Below, piece after piece: positions 25,741 through 38,766 of a DNA stretch of 64,000 nt (the stretch's first letter is position 1; the number at the start of each line of letters is the position of its first letter). A program made the translations under genes and the position numbers. The notes under the pieces are model-generated. The model ran no database searches and was not told the origin of the DNA. It was given only the letters and a program-made list of their open reading frames with translations. This DNA comes from Eledone cirrhosa. Its lineage: Eukaryota. The DNA is taken from contig OZ024749.1 of assembly GCA_964016885.1 (NCBI GenBank), positions 38,440,001 through 38,504,000 on the forward strand. The letters run 5' to 3'.

Positions 25741-26319
25741 TACATATATATATATATATATACATATTCATATACATTCATACATATATATATATATTGT
25801 TATACATACATATATACATACACACATACACACATACACACATACAAAAATACATACATACACACACAGATAGGTGCATGCATACCTACATATACATACA
25901 TAAAAATCTATTCCATCCGATGTTTAGTATATGATAATTGCACACCATACTTGCTTCTCTGAGAGGCATCTGTAAACTATAAAATTATATTGATTCTAGC
26001 AAGTTCTTCCACACACATACATATATATAACGCACACACACACAAATTCAACACACATATACATACCTGTATAACACACATATACAGACTAACGCGATAC
26101 ATCTATACATATACACACACACACTCAGCGTTGGGAACATAACAGATTTTCGTATAAACTAAATGAGCATTTCAAATATTTCTGCTTTATATTTTCTATC
26201 ATGATGATCATCACCATCATCATCACCATCATCATCGCCATCATCATCGCCATCATCATCGTGATCATCACCTTTATTGTGTGATGACATCGGTCGTTCG
26301 ATGAAGAAATTGACGAATG

Positions 26320-26570
26320 TAAACTAATCCGAGTAGATAGGAATAGCTGCAGTACGATTTGAACTTACGACCGAAATAACTGAATTATTTATATAATGTT
26401 TAATAGAGAAATAGCTTCTACAGGACTAGAACTGTTTCATTCAAAAGAAATCATCGGGGAATTTTCCTGGTGATATCTAAGCCTTTTTATATTAAACATG
26501 ATGTTTGCACTCTACTAATGTATTGAGTACCTTACTAATTGTGGTTGCCCCCGATTGAACCTGGGACTCA
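26320..26570. mobile_element. Family D element, hammerhead on - strand at 26414-26460
   Basis: Minus strand: cCCGATGA t TTC tttt GAA t GAAA CAG ttctagtc CTG TA gaagc. A tail similar to 13757-13830 is inverted at 26490-26570. Confidence 0.7.
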
Positions 26571-26572
26571 TT

Positions 26573-26622
<50 letters not shown>

Positions 26623-26627
<5 letters not shown>

Positions 26628-26690
26628 GATCCCGTTAAGGGTGAAAGCAGCGATTCTTTGCTTAAACTTTAATCTGTTATTTTAATAAAT
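26623..26690 (+). mobile_element. Family G fragment starting at the CAGAAGA core
   Basis: Near-identical to 19361-19430. Confidence 0.8.
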
Positions 26691-27269
26691 ATATATATGT
26701 ATCCTAAACGGACGTTAGTCGGTTTAGTAATATTGTTGTGGTCGTGTTTTCGTTGGCAATCGTCTGTTTACGACAGTACAGCGCGGCTCTACTTTATTTA
26801 ACTGAGATAAAACTTATATGAGCATGAACAGTAGTTCATTACGCATCTTTTGGCTTAAAAATCTAGAAATTTAGTCCAGCGGGAAAAAGTTTATAATCAA
26901 AGTTTGCTGATAAATCGTGTGTTCAAGTGAGTGAGTAGTAAGCGTGACGCTAGGGGAGGTAATCCAGAAATGACGTAGCTTTGTCATTAAGCCAGTTGTT
27001 TCAACTAGATTGCAATTATACTCAAAAGAACTTTAAAATGTCAATCACTTGTCAGTAATTCACTATGATCATTTAATTATTAGATAGTTGTTGCTTGCAT
27101 TGCCTTAAAAAAATAGTAGACCAGATAGAAAAATGCGTACAGCAAAAAAAAGTAATATTGTTGGAATATAAAACTTTAAAAATACAGGACAAGAAACTAA
27201 AATAAAACTTTAAAAGAATAGGACAAGAAACTAAGATAAAACTTTAAAGAATTGGACAAGAAATAAAAA

Positions 27270-27516
27270 ATTGTACAATAATGCAGGATGGTTCAGGATT
27301 GGTGGCGTACCTGAGTCACCCCTGGGTCGTCCACCCCCGATAGGGGAATTTATTTATTTTGTTATATTTATACATAGTTTATTTATATTTGTATATCTTC
27401 ATTGTTAAATTAGTCTTGCCATTGTGCACTTTTACTCGACCTCATTGTAAACCCCCACTGCCCCAGTCTTTTGTATTGTCCCCTATATGTCGGCCCTTGT
27501 GGCCAATAAATGAAAT
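27270..27516 (+). mobile_element. Tx1-like LINE 3' UTR ending in (ATT)n
   Basis: taggggaattt...cccttgtggccaataaatgaaatc followed by attattatt. Same end motif as the other Tx1 pieces. Confidence 0.6.
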
Positions 27517-27936
27517 CATTATTATTATTGTTGTTGTTGTTGTTGTTATTGTTGTCGCTGTTGTTGTTGTTGTTGTTGTTGTTGTTATTTGCTTATTTTT
27601 GCTAAAATGTTTTTTATGGTCGAATAAAATTGTCAAAAACCAATAATTTTGATATTTCTTTCGTGAAAATAAATTGTTATATTGCTATATTTTTAACAAC
27701 AAAAATATTAATTCATTTGAATCACATTAAAGGTTATTGCTATTGTTGTTTTTATCGTTGTTATTGTTGTTGTTAATTGCCAGTTCTTGTTATTATTGTT
27801 GTTGCAGACCATTCTGTTGTTGTTTTCATTACCGCCTTTGGTTTTATGCTCATTATTATTTCAACCATTGTAATTGGTTTTCTTTTAGCTATTGTTGTTG
27901 TCTCTGATGTTGTTGTTGTTGTTGTCCATGATGTTT

Positions 27937-27973
<37 letters not shown>

Positions 27974-28514
27974 CACCTGTGTCAACACGACAAAGTTGAA
28001 GTTTATTTTTATATTAATAGTTGTCAACGATATTGTTGTCATTATTGTTGTTGACATTGTTGTTATTGTTGTTGTTATTGTTGTATATTATTGTTGTATT
28101 GGTTATGTATGCTGTTATTTTTTCTGTATGTTTTTGTTGTTGTATGTTGTTATTGCTGTTGTTAATGCAGTTGTTATTGTTGTACGTTATTGTTGCCTGT
28201 TCTTGTTTATGCCGATGCTGCTGTTGTTGTTGTTTTTTAAGTTGTTTGTGTCGTTACTGCTGTTGTTGTTTTTGTTGATGAAGTTGTTTATGCTGCTGTT
28301 GTTGTTGTTGTTGTTGTTGTTGTTATTGTTGTTGTTGTTGTATGCCATTGTTATCATGACAAAACTATGACAATAATTATTATCATTACAGCTTCCCAGC
28401 AACTTTGGTGGTCGCCAGGAATTTTAATGGTATAGTAATACCTAATCAAACTCTTTATTAAATTCTGCATAGACGTAGAAGCTATTCTTTTAGTCTGTTA
28501 TTCTTCTATTCTTC

Positions 28515-28680
28515 AATTCTGGTGTCATGCATTAGAATGCGGCCACGCTGGAGCACAGATTAAAAGGAAGTTTAGTGGAATATATCGATCCCAGTATTTA
28601 GTTCATTCAAGTCTGGTATTTATTTTATCGAATTCTGTTTGTTTATGCCGATCAGCTAATTTATAAAGAGTAAACGTACA
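28515..28680 (-). mobile_element. Old SINE remnant
   Basis: gcggccacgctggagcac...atcgatcccagta...ctggtatttattttatcga shares the tttattttatcga motif with the Meta-like SINEs. Confidence 0.55.
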
Positions 28681-28779
28681 CGCAGACACAGATAAACGCA
28701 AACGCATTTATATATACACACACACTCACACGCCCACACACCCACACCCTACACAAACACACATACAGACACACACACT

Positions 28780-28823
<44 letters not shown>

Positions 28824-29147
28824 ATATATATATATATACGTATACAGTTTTTGTTTACCAAACTCCAATCTACCTGAGACTATTGTAGAAGAAATTTGCT
28901 CAAGGTGCCATATTTATCTTCTAAAGACTTTATTTTTAACGAAATTTTTCAAGAATAATATTTTTCATATTTCTACACTAGAGAATGTATTTGTTTAACT
29001 AGTAAATAAACAATACTAAAAAGAGTAAGGCGAAAAAGAGGGGAGAGAGAAAGAAAAGTTAAATGGAATATAGAATAGGGAAATGGAGGGGAAAACTGTG
29101 GAACCCTGGGTGGGTTTTATATATATACCTGCTAAAGGGTATAAAAC

Positions 29148-29438
29148 CAGTCATGGGCAACCTGCGGACCACGAAGCTTTCTGAATGACTCACCTAGGTA
29201 ACTTAAGTGAAATCTTTCTGATTTTTTACCCCAACTTTTCAGTCTTAATTTATCTTTCTATCATTTTTACGATCGAGGAAAACAACGGGTACGAATTCTG
29301 AAAAAACAAATCAAAACAACCTGAGTTACCGCCCTTTTTTTAAGATGTGAGCACGAATGTAAATTAGCGCCTGCGGCCCGCCTGATGATGAGTCATATCT
29401 CATGCAGCACGCTTCTCGGAAAAGGTTGCCCATGCTTG
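29148..29438. mobile_element. hAT (Charlie-like) MITE
   Basis: TIRs cagtcatgggcaacct and aggttgcccatgcttg, with internal tgcggcccgc motifs. No clean 8-bp TSD. Confidence 0.7.
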
Positions 29439-29639
29439 GTATGAGTGATGACACATGTATACCACTGACAGATATTATGCAGGTATTATCTACGGGTACT
29501 CGGCATTAAAACAAACTCGTAGATAAGGGAGCCTCTAAATGTCCACTTTATTTACTAGAAATAGCAGACATAATGTCTCATAAATGACTTCAAACATGTT
29601 ATTGTGTTGTTGTTATTATTGTATCTTCGTCAGTTACGA

Positions 29640-30000
29640 CATGTGTTCCTGTTCTTTGATCAACGGAACAGCCTGCTCATGGATTTTACCTACCCGTCAC
29701 TGAGCCATCCACTAACACGTGTACCCTTAACTTAATTCTTAGAGATATTCCGTGTGATTTATTGGTTTCTTGCTTGCAAAAATACATACAGAGCATTTTA
29801 TAGAATGTGTGTCAAAATTTCATTTGAATCAAATATACTCTACGAGCTTTACTTTTCTTTTGCTAGTATATGGAGATAGAAATGCTGTTGACTTACAATG
29901 ACATAGATAATCATTTGAATTAAAGGTACAATTCATTTATGTTTGCCACCTGAGTGGACTGGAGCAACGTGGTAAAGTGTTTTTCTCAAAGACACAACAA
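29640..30000 (-). mobile_element. Interrupted old CORE-like SINE remnant
   Basis: tgagtggactggagcaacgtggtaaagtgtttttctcaaagacacaac is the reverse of the SINE body seen at 46110-46146. Confidence 0.55.
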
Positions 30001-30656
30001 TAGTTTCATGAACAGATGGTTCCGTTGATTCAAATAACTAGAAAAACTCGTTGTTGAAACCTATGAAGGTTCAACACTCACTCACAAGTACACGCATGCA
30101 CACACACACATATACATACATACAGTTGCACACACAGACATACACACATACACACACATACACTCACACATTCACACACAGGCACGCACAGACACACATA
30201 CACATACAACACAGAGGCACACACAGACACATACATATACATATACATTCACAGAAATCACATACATACACGTACACATTCATATACACATACATTCACA
30301 GAAAACACATACACACACACGGAGGCATATACACGGCTACACGCACACACAGAGAGAAACACACACAGATATACACACGGACACACACAGACACACAAAC
30401 ACACACACGCGAGAGTTCCAAAATTAGTTTTAGTATATTAAAAAAAAATTTACATGAAAAACTATTTTTAAAAATGTATTCAGCCTCAGAACGGTAACAA
30501 CACATTGTAACAAATTTAGATTTTAATAAAAGCTTGTTGTGATGTTATTGTTGTTTAAGAAATATCCGTTTTAGAGAGATTTGTTCCGTTTTAGTAATTC
30601 GAACACAAAGGAAGTCAAGGTTTTGTTTTATACACACACATACCTACATAAATATA

Positions 30657-30709
<53 letters not shown>

Positions 30710-30922
30710 AATATATATATATATATATATATTTAATATAGAAATGGCTTCTACGGGATAACCCTATATATATATATATATGCATACAGACACACAGAAA
30801 ATGCGTGTGTTTGTGTGTGTGCACACGAAACTTCATCGTGCTTTCTTTTATATATATATCTGAAGTATATATATATCTACACACACACACACATATATAT
30901 ATGCATATATACATTCACACAC

Positions 30923-31008
<86 letters not shown>

Positions 31009-31010
31009 GC

Positions 31011-31064
<54 letters not shown>

Positions 31065-31560
31065 ATGGAGAGATGGTGAGATCAATATTGATATAATGGT
31101 ATCCCTAAACAGAAATTATGTTTCTTGTTCTTTTTTTTTTTTGCTCTCATTGTTCTATCGATCTATAAATACCAACATTTCTGGAGGACAATTCTCCAGT
31201 AGAATTCACCAGGACAATAAATACACACTATAATTTAGCTTCTATTTGTTAAAAATGTGACAGAAAACAACCAAAAACTCCTGGCAAATGTCCAGCGATT
31301 GTGAAGGAAAATATGATACTTTTCTATGTCAGAAATAGAAAGAAATGATATATTTGGACCATTAGGTTTTCTTTGTCTATTTGTTGATATAGTTGGTCGA
31401 TTTGGCAAAGTCGTTAGAGCGTTGGATATATAAGAATATCATCTTGGAATCGGAAGAATGAAAGTGTGGCAAGCTCAGGATGGATTAGAAATTAAAACAC
31501 TCCTTCATATTTTCCCAACCAACGAGAAGAAAGTTTGATGCTTTGATCAAATATAATTTA

Positions 31561-32545
31561 AATTCAAAGCTACTGAGTAGCAGCATTTCAAAGCTACTGA
31601 TCAGCAACATTTCAAAGCTACTGAGTGGCAACAACACAAAGCTACTGAGCGGCAACAACACAAAGCTACTGAGCGGCAACATTACATAGCTACTGAGTGG
31701 CAACAATACAAAGCTGCTGAGCAGCAACATTACATAGCTACTGCTCAGCAACATTTCAAAGCTGCTGAGCAGCAAATTACAAAGTTACTGAGCAACCTCA
31801 TTTCAAAGCTACTGGGCAGAAAATTACAAAGATGCTGATCGGTAATATTATAAAGCTACTGAACAGCATCATTTCAAAGCTGCTGAATAGCAACATTTCA
31901 AAGCTGCTGAGCAGCAGCATTTCAAAGCTGTTGAGCGGCAGCATTACAAGGCTGCTGAACAGCAACATTTCAAAGCTGTTGAGCGGCAACATTTCATGGC
32001 TACTGTGCAGCAACATTTCAAAACTAGTGAGCAGCAACATTTCAAAGTAACTTAGCGGCAACATTTCAAAGCAACTTAGCGGCAACATGTCAAAGCTGCT
32101 GAGCAGCAACATTTCAAAGCTGCTGAGCATCAACATTTCAAAGCTGTTGAGCAGCAACATTTCAAATCTGCTGGGCAGCAGCATTTCAAAGCTGCTGAGC
32201 AGCAACATTTCAAAGCTGCTGAGAAGCAGCATTTCAAAGCTACTGTGCAGCAACATTTCAAAGCTACTGATCAGCAACATTTCAAAGCTGCTGAGGGTAA
32301 AATTTTATAGCTGCTGAGGGGTAATATTTTTAAGCTACTCAGTAATAACATTTCAAAGTTGCTGAGTGGCCTCATTTTAAAACTGCTGAGCAGCAACATT
32401 TCAAAGCTGCTGGGGGTAAAATGTTATAGCTGCTGAGGGGTAATATTTTTAAGCTACTGAGTAATAACATTTCAAAGTTGCTGAGTGGCCTCATTTTAAA
32501 ACTGCTGAGCAGCAACATTACAAAGCTACTGATTGGCAACATTTC
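31561..32545. repeat. 24-bp minisatellite (~40 units) with a 120-bp higher-order duplication near its end
   Basis: Consensus tttcaaagctgctgagcagcaaca. 32281-32400 repeats at 32401-32520. Confidence 0.95.
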
Positions 32546-32574
32546 AGAAAAAACTGATTGTCATTATTTGAAAG

Positions 32575-32757
32575 CGCTGGATTGGCAGTATCGGTAGAGA
32601 GTCGGACGCCATGCTTTCCAGCATAGTTACGTCCCTTTACGATCTGAGTTCAAATCCCGCCGAGGTTGACTTTGCCTTTCATCCTTACGGGGTCAATAAA
32701 ATAAAAGTACCAGTAATGCACTGGGTAATTGCTGGCCTTGTGCCTAAAGTAGAAACA
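32575..32757 (+). mobile_element. Full-length Meta-like SINE with 12-bp target-site duplication
   Basis: attatttgaaag at 32563-32574 and 32758-32769. Confidence 0.9.
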
Positions 32758-33335
32758 ATTATTTGAAAGTTATTGAGAGGCAGAATTTCAATATCCACGG
32801 CACCAAAACAGTGACTGCGTAACCGTGCATTGCGCAGCTTAGAAGCAATGTTAAAATGTAAATAAATTCTGCAAATTACTTTTGTCCAGTCCTTTACTAA
32901 TCCAGCCATCCATTACCGCTGTAGCCAGCTCGGCCAGCGCCTTTATTTCCTTGGTCAGAACTTAATTAAAAAATCGTTACTGAGCTGAATAATACAGTGC
33001 AGTTTTGTGTAACCCTAGAGAAGTAAAGAATGTAATGTCCTGTCACTAGAATGATATATGAGAACATCACACCGGTATAAAGTAAAGAATACTGATTTAG
33101 TTGGTGTTGATAGTGGTACTGATGGTTTCGATCGGGGCTCATCAGGCTAGAATACTTCGGTTGGAAGGTTTTTAACAATATAGCTATAAAACCTTATTGT
33201 TGAGGAGTAATCAACTCTTTTAAAGAAGACGCAAGACGATAAATCACTCACAGCCCTGTTCTGTGTAAGAGAAAGGGATATCTTCGTTGACAGCCAATCG
33301 ATTTATTGACTTAGATCGAACAATACTGGTTTTTA

Positions 33336-33371
<36 letters not shown>

Positions 33372-33374
<3 letters not shown>

Positions 33375-33700
33375 CATACACAAGAGACATAAAGAAATTT
33401 TAGACATGTTAGTTGCCTTACACATGTTTCAAATGAAAAAATAAAAAGAGAAACAGTGAAAAAGCTTCTGAAGCTACATTACGATTTATTCAGAGATATG
33501 TGTCTATATATTAGAATCTGAGTAATTATTCATGGAATGCAACTTTAACTCTTCATTTAACTCAATAATCTATCTTCAGAGACATGATGAAAATATACAA
33601 AACTTTAAAGAAGAGGAATTTGGATTATAACGTCCAAATATAAAGACAGTTTACTAAAATTATGAAACAGACCTGATGTAAGTGGTTGAAGATAGGAAGA
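33372..33700 (-). mobile_element. Penelope-like terminal fragment, family J (HHR-like with long stem II)
   Basis: Minus strand: ct CTGAAGA tag...ttaaatgaa...ttcattt GAAA catgtg TA agg. Flanked by (TA)n. Confidence 0.45.
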
Positions 33701-33722
33701 TATATATATATGTGTGTGTGTG

Positions 33723-33762
<40 letters not shown>

Positions 33763-33929
33763 TATATAATGTCTATATATATATATATATACATGTATAT
33801 ATATGTATGTATATATGTATATATATATATATATATTAAGACAGGGGGGAAGAAAAAATGGCTTCACTTGTGCTTTCAACAAATTTATTTTCTTCACAAA
33901 ATCCAATATATATATACATATATATATAT

Positions 33930-34015
33930 TTATTAAAATAACAGATTAAAGTTTAAGCAAAGAATCGCTGCTTTCACCCTTAACGGGATCTTCTGAAACT
34001 AACAAAGTCAATCTG

Positions 34016-34016
<1 letters not shown>
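33930..34016 (-). mobile_element. Family G fragment with CAGAAGA-core hammerhead
   Basis: Reverse complement of 19341-19430; stem II is CCC/GGG. Confidence 0.8.
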
Positions 34017-34091
<75 letters not shown>

Positions 34092-34180
34092 CATGTATGT
34101 ATGAGTGTGTGTGTGTGTGTGTGTGTGTGAGGGTATGTGTGTGAGGGTATATATATATATATATATATATACATACATAT

Positions 34181-34280
<100 letters not shown>

Positions 34281-34418
34281 GTATGTGTGGAATAGTAAAT
34301 GTTTTGATTGAGTGCACACGTTGAAGTAACACACGTCTATAAAATTGGGTACGTTTGCTCCCATATGTTATATACGAAATAAATTTCCATGCATCTTTAA
34401 GTATATATATGTATACAT

Positions 34419-34476
<58 letters not shown>

Positions 34477-34562
34477 TATGCACGTATTTATATCATGCGA
34501 CACTAAGTTTATCTCCAATATTTGGTCCATCCTTCAAATATATATATATATATATATATATA

Positions 34563-34772
34563 TGGCTGAGTGGTTAGAGTATTGGATTCGCAATCGTAAG
34601 GTTGTGAGTTCGATTCCTGTCGATTTATGTCGATTTATGTCCTTCAGCAAGACACTTTATTTCACGTTGCTCCTTCTACCCGGAGTTGCGACCGATAGAT
34701 AGCATTAGCAATTGGAAAGACCAACGGAAACATTGTTCCCTCGGTCCGATTTGACGAAAGTCGATCGTTTCT
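34563..34772 (+). mobile_element. tRNA-derived CORE-like SINE
   Basis: Matches 46037-46240 throughout. Confidence 0.85.
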
Positions 34773-34775
34773 TCA

Positions 34776-34812
<37 letters not shown>

Positions 34813-35059
34813 ATATATACATATATATAGACATATACATATATATATGTATGTATCTATTTATATATACACATATATATATATTTGTATGAATGTATAT
34901 AAATACGTGTGTGTGTTTGTGTGTGTGTTATATTTAGTATTCAGTCGCCATTTGTCCTCGACAGTTACCAGTATGCAAATAAGCAATTACTGGAGCCTGC
35001 GGACATATGTGACAGCAGATTAGGTGCGAATGGTTGTATATCTCTATGTATGAGTATAG

Positions 35060-35097
<38 letters not shown>

Positions 35098-35109
35098 CAT
35101 ATATATATA

Positions 35110-35496
35110 TGGTGGCTGCCAACTCGTTTTCGAGTACGGCCACTACTTTATATCCATGTAGGAGAACCCCTACAGATGCGCTGAACGAGTGTGACTTTTT
35201 AGTCCAGCCAGCGACTTGAAAACTCTGGTACAAACACTACACTTGTGACAATTATTGACACATAGTGCTGGGCTCGTGGTACCATGTGACGACAAGTGCA
35301 GAGAGATCTCCATATATAAAGCAATGCCTCTGCCGTGAAGCTTTTATAGTGAGCAAAGGCACTGCACAAAGCCAGTCCCACTCTCTTAACCAAGATGATA
35401 TTTACCAAAAAGAAGAACAAGTCAACATCATTGGATACCATCAGGGTTGCAGGTGTTATATCAGAATTTTCCTTCTCCTAGAATTCTGCCTTGACA
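35110..35496 (-). mobile_element. 5'-truncated copy of the RTE-derived element
   Basis: Reverse complement of ~8595-8980. The zinc finger CSVC-x12-H is intact. Confidence 0.85.
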
Positions 35497-35843
35497 TATA
35501 TATATATACACATATACATACAGACCTATATGCATATATATCTAGAAAACTAATGACGTATGCACGCTATTAGTTTGGTATATGTCTTACATAGTTGAAA
35601 ACTGCCAAGAATTTGTATTTACACACACACACACACACATATGCACACACATACATATACACAGACACACACACACTTATATACATATATATATATATGC
35701 ATGTCTGTATTTATTATGTACTATATAATGGGTGTGTTAATATGTACGTAAGTATATGTATATATATAGCGGCGATGAATTAGTTTAGCGAGGTTTTTTA
35801 TATGAAATCGTGTGTCGAAACAAATATGACCCTCCCCAAGTAT

Positions 35844-35878
<35 letters not shown>

Positions 35879-36249
35879 GGAGGTGAGTTTTATTGTAGTA
35901 CAATAAAGCAATGCAGATATCGGATAATAAGCACTCTACAGTTTGTAAGACTGGAGTATACATAATATATAAGAACAAAAGAAAAGATGTAAGAATACAT
36001 GGAACTCTTTTAACCATATTTTGTTGTTATATATATATATATATATATATATGTTTGTGTGTATATGTGTGTTTGTAAAATGTGTGTGTGTATAAACACA
36101 TATACATGTGGGCGATGTTGGCGTGTACGAATGCCTGTATGCATATATATACGTCTATGCTGTGTGTGTTGTTGTATAACCATTTCTACCTAACTCGTCC
36201 CTTGGACTGAGTGCTCTACCACTACGGATATTACCTTCCAGTGTTCCAC

Positions 36250-36306
<57 letters not shown>

Positions 36307-36307
<1 letters not shown>

Positions 36308-36405
36308 CGTTAAGACCCTCTTCCTGCTATTTCAAGTGTTAACCTAATATATTCCTTTCATATACTGTACTGATTGTGTTGTTATTTCTATTTACCTTTT
36401 ACATA
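36307..36405 (+). mobile_element. Family A 3' fragment beginning in HHR stem III
   Basis: acgttaagaccctcttcctgctatttcaag... is the reverse complement of 8066-8165. Confidence 0.8.
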
Positions 36406-36423
36406 CATATATATATTTATATT

Positions 36424-36521
<98 letters not shown>

Positions 36522-36941
36522 CAGTACCTCAGACACACATACACACACAAATAATACTAATGCTTATTTAGTGCTATATGGAATATATTATTCAAGTCAT
36601 CTATAATTCTAGCCTGCTTAAATTCCGTTTGCAGGCTGCAAATACAGGCCGGATAAAGTTTGGTAAATAATCAACCTGGAATAATGATAAAAAATGTCAG
36701 AACTAATTAACGATGAAGATTGTAGCAAGAGTTCTTTCTCGTTTGATAAGGAATATTCACTTCTCTACTTGTAGCATAAAAATACAAATGGCGGCCTTGA
36801 AAAATTTGTCTTCATTCGTTCATCGTATGATATTTATTGAACTAACATATGATAAAATCATCAGGCACACACGCACACATACTTTTCGAGAATCCACCAT
36901 TATTATTCCTACTACAAATTCCTTCATCACTCTTTCTTATC

Positions 36942-37045
<104 letters not shown>

Positions 37046-37199
37046 AAAGAGATAGAAAGAGAGAGAGATTTATGCATACATATATATATATATATAGATA
37101 GATATATAGATATATATATATGTATATTTCTCATTGTTCTCAGTATTATTATTATTATTATTATTTGACTATAAAATAGCTGTTCGACAAAACTTCACG

Positions 37200-37697
37200 A
37201 GACACCAATACTTGGACACTCGTGCGTGCATCTCGGGCGAGTCTGTCAGACAGTACTTCCATGGCTGCAGGTATTATTTCGAACTGGTAGTAACCCTTTG
37301 TAGTACTGCCAGGCCAGGGATTTCTGGAAATTGTCCAGAATCCCCGCCCGAAAATTCTCTAGAACAGAATGATTAGTTTGATTTCGTCTACGCGCAGTTT
37401 CCCCTAGAACGTCGTCGCACTTGCCCACCACTAGTTCCTTATAGATCGCTAGAGTGGAATTTCCACTGACCACATTGCACTATTGATAGAAAGTTGTGAT
37501 CCCCTGACAATATTCCATGTGCCTGGCGCCCAGTCTTGGTCTTCGCTTGCGTGATGACTTGCGGAAAAAACCTGTCTCATAAACGGTGACCACACCTGTT
37601 CACCGTTTATGAATACCTGGAGATGCGGTAGCCTTAGCGTATGTTTGCGCATCGTCAGTCACGGCATGGCTATCCCTTCGTGTACAGGACGTTGGCA
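37200..37697 (-). mobile_element. Degraded Tx1-like ORF2 fragment
   Basis: LDNFQKSLAWQYYKGLLPVR and MRKHTLRL...GEQVWSPF match the 6395-7126 copy. Confidence 0.85.
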
Positions 37698-37708
37698 GTA
37701 ATGATAAT

Positions 37709-37880
37709 AATTGTTTCTACTTTTTCGGCACAAGGCCAGCAATTATTCCAGTGTATTACTGGTACTTTATTTTATCGACCCCGTAAGTTAACCTCGGCGG
37801 CATTTGAACTCAGACCATAAAGGGCTGTAACTTTTTGCTGCAAAGAATGGCGTCAGACCCTCTACCGATACTGCCAATCC
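37709..37880 (-). mobile_element. Meta-like SINE
   Basis: Same family as 5573, with a small internal deletion. Confidence 0.85.
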
Positions 37881-38250
37881 AATAACTTTGAAAACAATGA
37901 AATTAATGAATAAATGTTATCTCAACACTGGATATACCGTTAGTGAAAAGAATCAAAAGAAACTTCTATTTATTTAAAGTTTTAAAGAAGGTTATTTCTA
38001 TAGTGGGTTATAGCAATATTTTTCTGTCACTTTCAAAACAATGACGTTAATGAGCAACCGTTGTTTCATTACTGGATATACTGTTGTTGAGTCGTTAAAG
38101 AAATATTTATTTCAAATTGATAAAAATGTTTTAAAGGAACGTTATTTCGATAATGGATTGTACCGTTATTTTCTGTCACTTTGGAAACAATGAAGCTAAT
38201 GAACACACGTTATATCAACACTGGGTGTGCAGTTGTTGAGAAACTACTGG
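37881..38250. repeat. Degenerate ~147-bp tandem repeat (about 2.5 units)
   Basis: acttt.aaacaatga..taatga...actggata recurs at about 37885, 38029 and 38178. Confidence 0.65.
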
Positions 38251-38495
38251 ACAAAATTATTTCAATAATAGACATACTATAACGATATTTTAATTAAGCT
38301 CTGACCACTATTAACCAAAGTTATTTTAATAATGGACGTACTATAATTAAGTTACTGTAGCTATATACTTGTTGTATAAAGTTAACCACTGTAGCTTCAA
38401 AAGTAGAGCGAAATGGTAGATAGATATAAAGGTGTACGTATGTATGTATATGCATGGATACATATAAATGTGTGTATATATATATAAATATATAT

Positions 38496-38678
38496 AGGAA
38501 AAGAGTCAGGACCCTACGGCTGAGTTCCGGCCGTTTCGACAGCTAGAAACGGTCGAAACGGCCGGAGCTCAGCCGTCGGGGTCTTGACTCTTTTCCTATT
38601 AACCACTCCACTATCCTAAGTGTTGAGTATTTTGGTGCGTTATGGTCCACCTGGTATCCTACCACACCCTCTTTGTTA
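38496..38678 (+). mobile_element. Fold-back element, family C subfamily 2
   Basis: Arms 38496-38540 and 38552-38597. Stem III loop cggagctca. Confidence 0.85.
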
Positions 38679-38682
38679 TATA

Positions 38683-38766
<84 letters not shown>

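Noticed and set aside
26700-27000. CpG-richer stretch with TGACG motifs as a promoter
   Set aside because: Short motifs are expected by chance and no linked gene is visible.
31561-32545. CRISPR-like array
   Set aside because: Contiguous degenerate units with no unique spacers, no cas genes, and a eukaryotic context.
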